NCBI RefSeq assembly: GCF_000143415.4 | Contig: NW_003314302.1 | Coordinates: 768,736 to 832,735, forward strand | Direction: 5' to 3' | Origin: Selaginella moellendorffii | Lineage: Eukaryota; Plantae; Lycopodiophyta | Length of the DNA stretch: 64,000 bases | Shown here: positions 60,966 through 64,000 of the stretch, piece after piece | How positions within the stretch are numbered: position 1 is the first letter of the stretch | How the letters are laid out: each line of letters opens with the position of its first letter | Made by a program: the position numbers and the translations under genes | Notes under the pieces: generated by a model | Seen by the model: the letters and a program-made list of their open reading frames with translations, nothing else | What the model was told of the DNA's origin: nothing | Database searches by the model: none

Positions 60966-62708
60966 CTAACACCAAAGTAGCTTACCGCTGCTGCGATAAA
61001 AATCTCTTTTTCCTGCTCTTCCGCTTTCCTCGAGTTGATGGTAGAACTCCACGACGAGGGGATGAACTCTGATCTTCAAGGCATTGAATCCCAGTAGCCG
61101 GATCCCCTCCAAGCTCCTGGCCCGCGAGAGCGCGACGTAAACCATCCCACACTCGAACGATCGCGTCAAGTCCGTTTCCACCAGATCCAGCGTCATCCCC
61201 TGGCACTTGTGGATGCTCAAAGCCCAGGCCAGGATGAGAGGAATCTGGCACCTCGTCGCCACCTCTTTCTCTCCATCCATCACGCTCCAGCTCTCGCGTT
61301 TCACCACGATCTTCCGAAGCCCTCCACGAATCCGAAACACCACCACTGGCCACCGCCGCTGTTCATGGCGCTCAACATCTCGTTTCTCTCCTCCCTGTTC
61401 TTCCTTGCCTTTGCCGTCTCGCCAAGAGAAGTATCTTCCCCGTGCTCCCTGTTCTTCGTGTTCTTGCGAAGAAAAATCACGTCTTGGAGACTCTGGGACC
61501 ATGAAATCCACCAAGACGCCTCTTGTTCCATTCACCAGTCCTCCCAGTGTGTCGATGTTCTTGACGAGCATCACCTCCGCGCCGACGGCTAGAGTGATCT
61601 GGCTCTCGGCCCGGCAGCCGCTCAAAAGATGGATCTTTCCAACGTCGCGAGCGATGTAAGTCACGGGCTCGCCACCCAGCGCGGCAAGCTTCTCCTTGTT
61701 CACTCGATCGACGCTCTGGAGATGAGGAAAGAGCCGCGTCGGAGGAGGAGAAGACGATGAAGCAGCGCTCACCACACTGCAAGCCTTGAGAGACTCGATC
61801 GTCGACGACGAGCATCGCCCACGACGGATCTCATCCAAGATCGCCACAAAGTTCCTGTCCGATTGTCGGAACACGTACGTGAGCTCCATCTGGAGATCGA
61901 AGCACTCCCTCCAGCATCGCGCCTGGAACGCGAAGTTCTTGGTCTCGCCAGCTTTCTGGACGGGTGGGAGCTGGAAGAAATCGCCAGTAACAAGCAGCTG
62001 CAAGCCCCCAAATCTCTCCGGCCGATTCCTCACCGCCCTCCCAACGTAATCGACCTTGTCCCAGAGCTCCGCGTCGATCATGCTGATCTCGTCAATCACC
62101 AGTGCTTTGGCAGTCGTCCACCGCGATCGCGATTCCTTGCTCGCCATCACCGCCGCCGCGAGCCGGCGTTCATCCAGCTGCCCCAACCCCACGCCCGCGA
62201 ATGAATGGAGAGTGGTTCCGCCGATCGAGCACGCCGCGATTCCAGTGGAGGCCGTGACGAACACCGCGAACTCGCCGTGCAACTCTCGCAAAACCTTGAT
62301 CGCGTACTCGAGGATGAAGCTCTTCCCTGTTCCCGCCGATCCAGTGACGAACACCGATTTCTTCGCGGCCACCGCCTCTAGAACCCGCAGCTGCTCCAGC
62401 GACATCGTAATCCTGCCATCGCCTTCCCTCTTGTGGATGGAGTCTTCCAGCTCTATCTTGCTTGGATCGATTCTACCCCCAAAATGCTCCCCTAGATCGA
62501 TCCAGTCTTCCGTAATCCCTACATTCTCGATACCTTGCCGCGCAGGACTCCACTCCATCGCGGCCGGGGAAGCGTGACTCGCAAGCCTCGCATTTCTCCT
62601 CGCGATCGCGAGCTCTCGCTGCCGATGCATTCGATCCCTTTGCTCCTGGGTGAGCGTCGACGCAGGCGTCGACACAGCGCGCTCCAGCGATTCCTGCGAT
62701 AGATTCAT
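60966..62708 (-). CDS. PIF1: PIF1-family 5'-3' DNA helicase (cellular type, not Helitron Rep-fused), intronless
   Basis: FVTGSAGTGKS, TASTGIAA..IGGTTLHSFAG, LVIDEISM, FGGLQLLVTGDFFQLPPV, VFRQSD, GLVNGTRG, QIPLILAWALSIHKCQGMTL and YVALSR. Confidence 0.95.
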   Translation of the reverse strand: MNLSQESLERAVSTPASTLTQEQRDRMHRQRELAIARRNARLASHASPAAMEWSPARQGIENVGITEDWIDLGEHFGGRIDPSKIELEDSIHKREGDGRITMSLEQLRVLEAVAAKKSVFVTGSAGTGKSFILEYAIKVLRELHGEFAVFVTASTGIAACSIGGTTLHSFAGVGLGQLDERRLAAAVMASKESRSRWTTAKALVIDEISMIDAELWDKVDYVGRAVRNRPERFGGLQLLVTGDFFQLPPVQKAGETKNFAFQARCWRECFDLQMELTYVFRQSDRNFVAILDEIRRGRCSSSTIESLKACSVVSAASSSSPPPTRLFPHLQSVDRVNKEKLAALGGEPVTYIARDVGKIHLLSGCRAESQITLAVGAEVMLVKNIDTLGGLVNGTRGVLVDFMVPESPRRDFSSQEHEEQGARGRYFSWRDGKGKEEQGGEKRDVERHEQRRWPVVVFRIRGGLRKIVVKRESWSVMDGEKEVATRCQIPLILAWALSIHKCQGMTLDLVETDLTRSFECGMVYVALSRARSLEGIRLLGFNALKIRVHPLVVEFYHQLEESGRAGKRDFYRSSGKLLWC

Positions 62709-62769
62709 CGCTTCCCTCCTTCCCACAAAACCCTAAATGTTTTTTTCCGAAGTACACGAACGTTTTATT

Positions 62770-64000
62770 TTATCTTCCAAAGAGATTTTTTCTTCGTCTA
62801 CGCAACTCCAGACCTTTCTCTCTCTCTCGCCAAAATCTTAGAACCTCCTGGAACTGGAAAAAGGAAGAGAGTGAGTGACTTTGATCCTCGCAAGAACTTG
62901 CAAGAAAAGAAAAGAACTTACGCGAGGGAGATCCAAATCCTCGTTGCTACTGCTGCTACAGCTGCTCACGCCTTCTTCCATCCGTGCCTCGGAGCTCGAT
63001 CGAGGAAAACTTCGCAGCGCTCGGATCTGGTCGCGCAAATCAATCCCAAAGTCGTGAAGTTCTCGCAACTTTCCAGCGCTGCTGCTGTAGCTATAAGTTC
63101 TTCGTCTGCTGCTAGCCGCAGCGCTGCTGGGGCTGCTCTGGGAAAATTCGAAGCCTCGGAGATTTCTTCCAGGCTGTGGAGTAGTTTCTGACGATCCGGA
63201 GGACCCTGTGATCGAGCTGTGGAGCTTCGAGCACGATCCTGGCGATATGACTTCCTGGAGAAATATATCCTGTTCTTCGTCACGATTGTACTGAGCTCTT
63301 GGGGACGTAGGCTCGTCGATGATTTCTTCTTCTTCCGAGCTCTCGCAGCCATAGTCGTAGTAGTCGCCAGCTTGTTTCAAGCAAAACTCCACCACCTTCA
63401 TGCACTCCTTTGCATCGTCCTCCCCGATCGAAACTGGAAGTCTTGACTCTTTCGAGAAAGATGGCAAGCTCTCGTCGTCATGAACTTGTCCCGCTCTTGC
63501 TACGTGACGAGATTCTTTTGTCTCGCTCTCCTGTCCTGCTGCTAGAAAACGATGTTCTTCCTCCAAATTATCCCCCAAGTGCTGCCTGGAGATCTTTGTC
63601 ACGGATTCATCCGCTTTCTCGCGAAAAGCCTCCTGGAATCTGGCCTCCTGCGTTTCCTGGCTAGAATCCACCATCACTGCCTGGCCATCTTTGAAGAGAA
63701 GCGATTTATCATCATCAAAGCGTTGTTCGTTGCTTGACGACGAGGTTGTCACTTGAAAAGCCTCCTTTTGATCGTACAAACTCAAGATCTCCTGATGTGC
63801 TTCCCAGTTTCTTATCCCATGATCATCGTGTTGCTCTTCCGGATTTCTTACCATCGGATCATCAAACTCCTGCTGCTCTTCTAGACTTCTTGTCACTATG
63901 ACTTCCGCATCACCATCTTGTTCTTCCAGGCCAACATTACAATGTTCGTCGATACTATCACCCTCGATCCAAGCATCACCAACTTGTTCTTCCAGTTCTT
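62770..64000 (-). CDS. 3' portion of an unidentified acidic/Ser-rich protein (runs off the window)
   Basis: Open frame 62838-63896 and beyond; probable splice at ~62920 to a last exon EVLRFWREREKG...FGR* ending at 62770. Confidence 0.5.

Noticed and set aside
60966-62726. Helitron transposon
   Set aside because: No Rep domain or Helitron termini; motifs fit cellular PIF1.

Overview
Gene-dense eukaryotic land-plant DNA. The very short (50-100 nt) introns, short intergenic spaces, PLS-type PPR gene and overall style suggest the lycophyte Selaginella (inference). The window has two parts. (1) An accessory, rapidly turning-over island at about 1-16.8 kb. It contains a Cassandra-type TRIM LTR with a 5S-rRNA-derived core; four copies (one intact, three frameshifted) of a secreted 'unknown domain + bulb-type lectin' family; a stand-alone intronless ORF made of two LINE-ORF1-like RRM modules, head-to-head with the intact lectin gene; a MITE; papain and 2OG-dioxygenase relics; and a partial NSUN5 duplication, all interleaved with the intact rRNA methyltransferase genes RsmI and NSUN5. 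(2) A conserved housekeeping block at about 17-64 kb: SR30/34, GPAT, HAP8/EMF1-like, DUF3143, ALKBH10-like, RRP43, STAR-KH, MYB-CC, B3, RBM24/38-like, GCIP, neprosin-like, MUTY, fimbrin, RRP8, ARAD1-like GT47, F-box, PPR, GRX-like and PIF1. Several genes appear to lack catalytic residues (ALKBH10, neprosin, the GPAT phosphatase domain). PIF1 carries an RPA32-binding-like N-terminal helix, the F-box gene has a triplicated symmetric exon, and at least four GC-AG introns are needed to keep reading frames. All calls were made by eye with no database searches; multi-exon CDS coordinates are start-to-stop spans.
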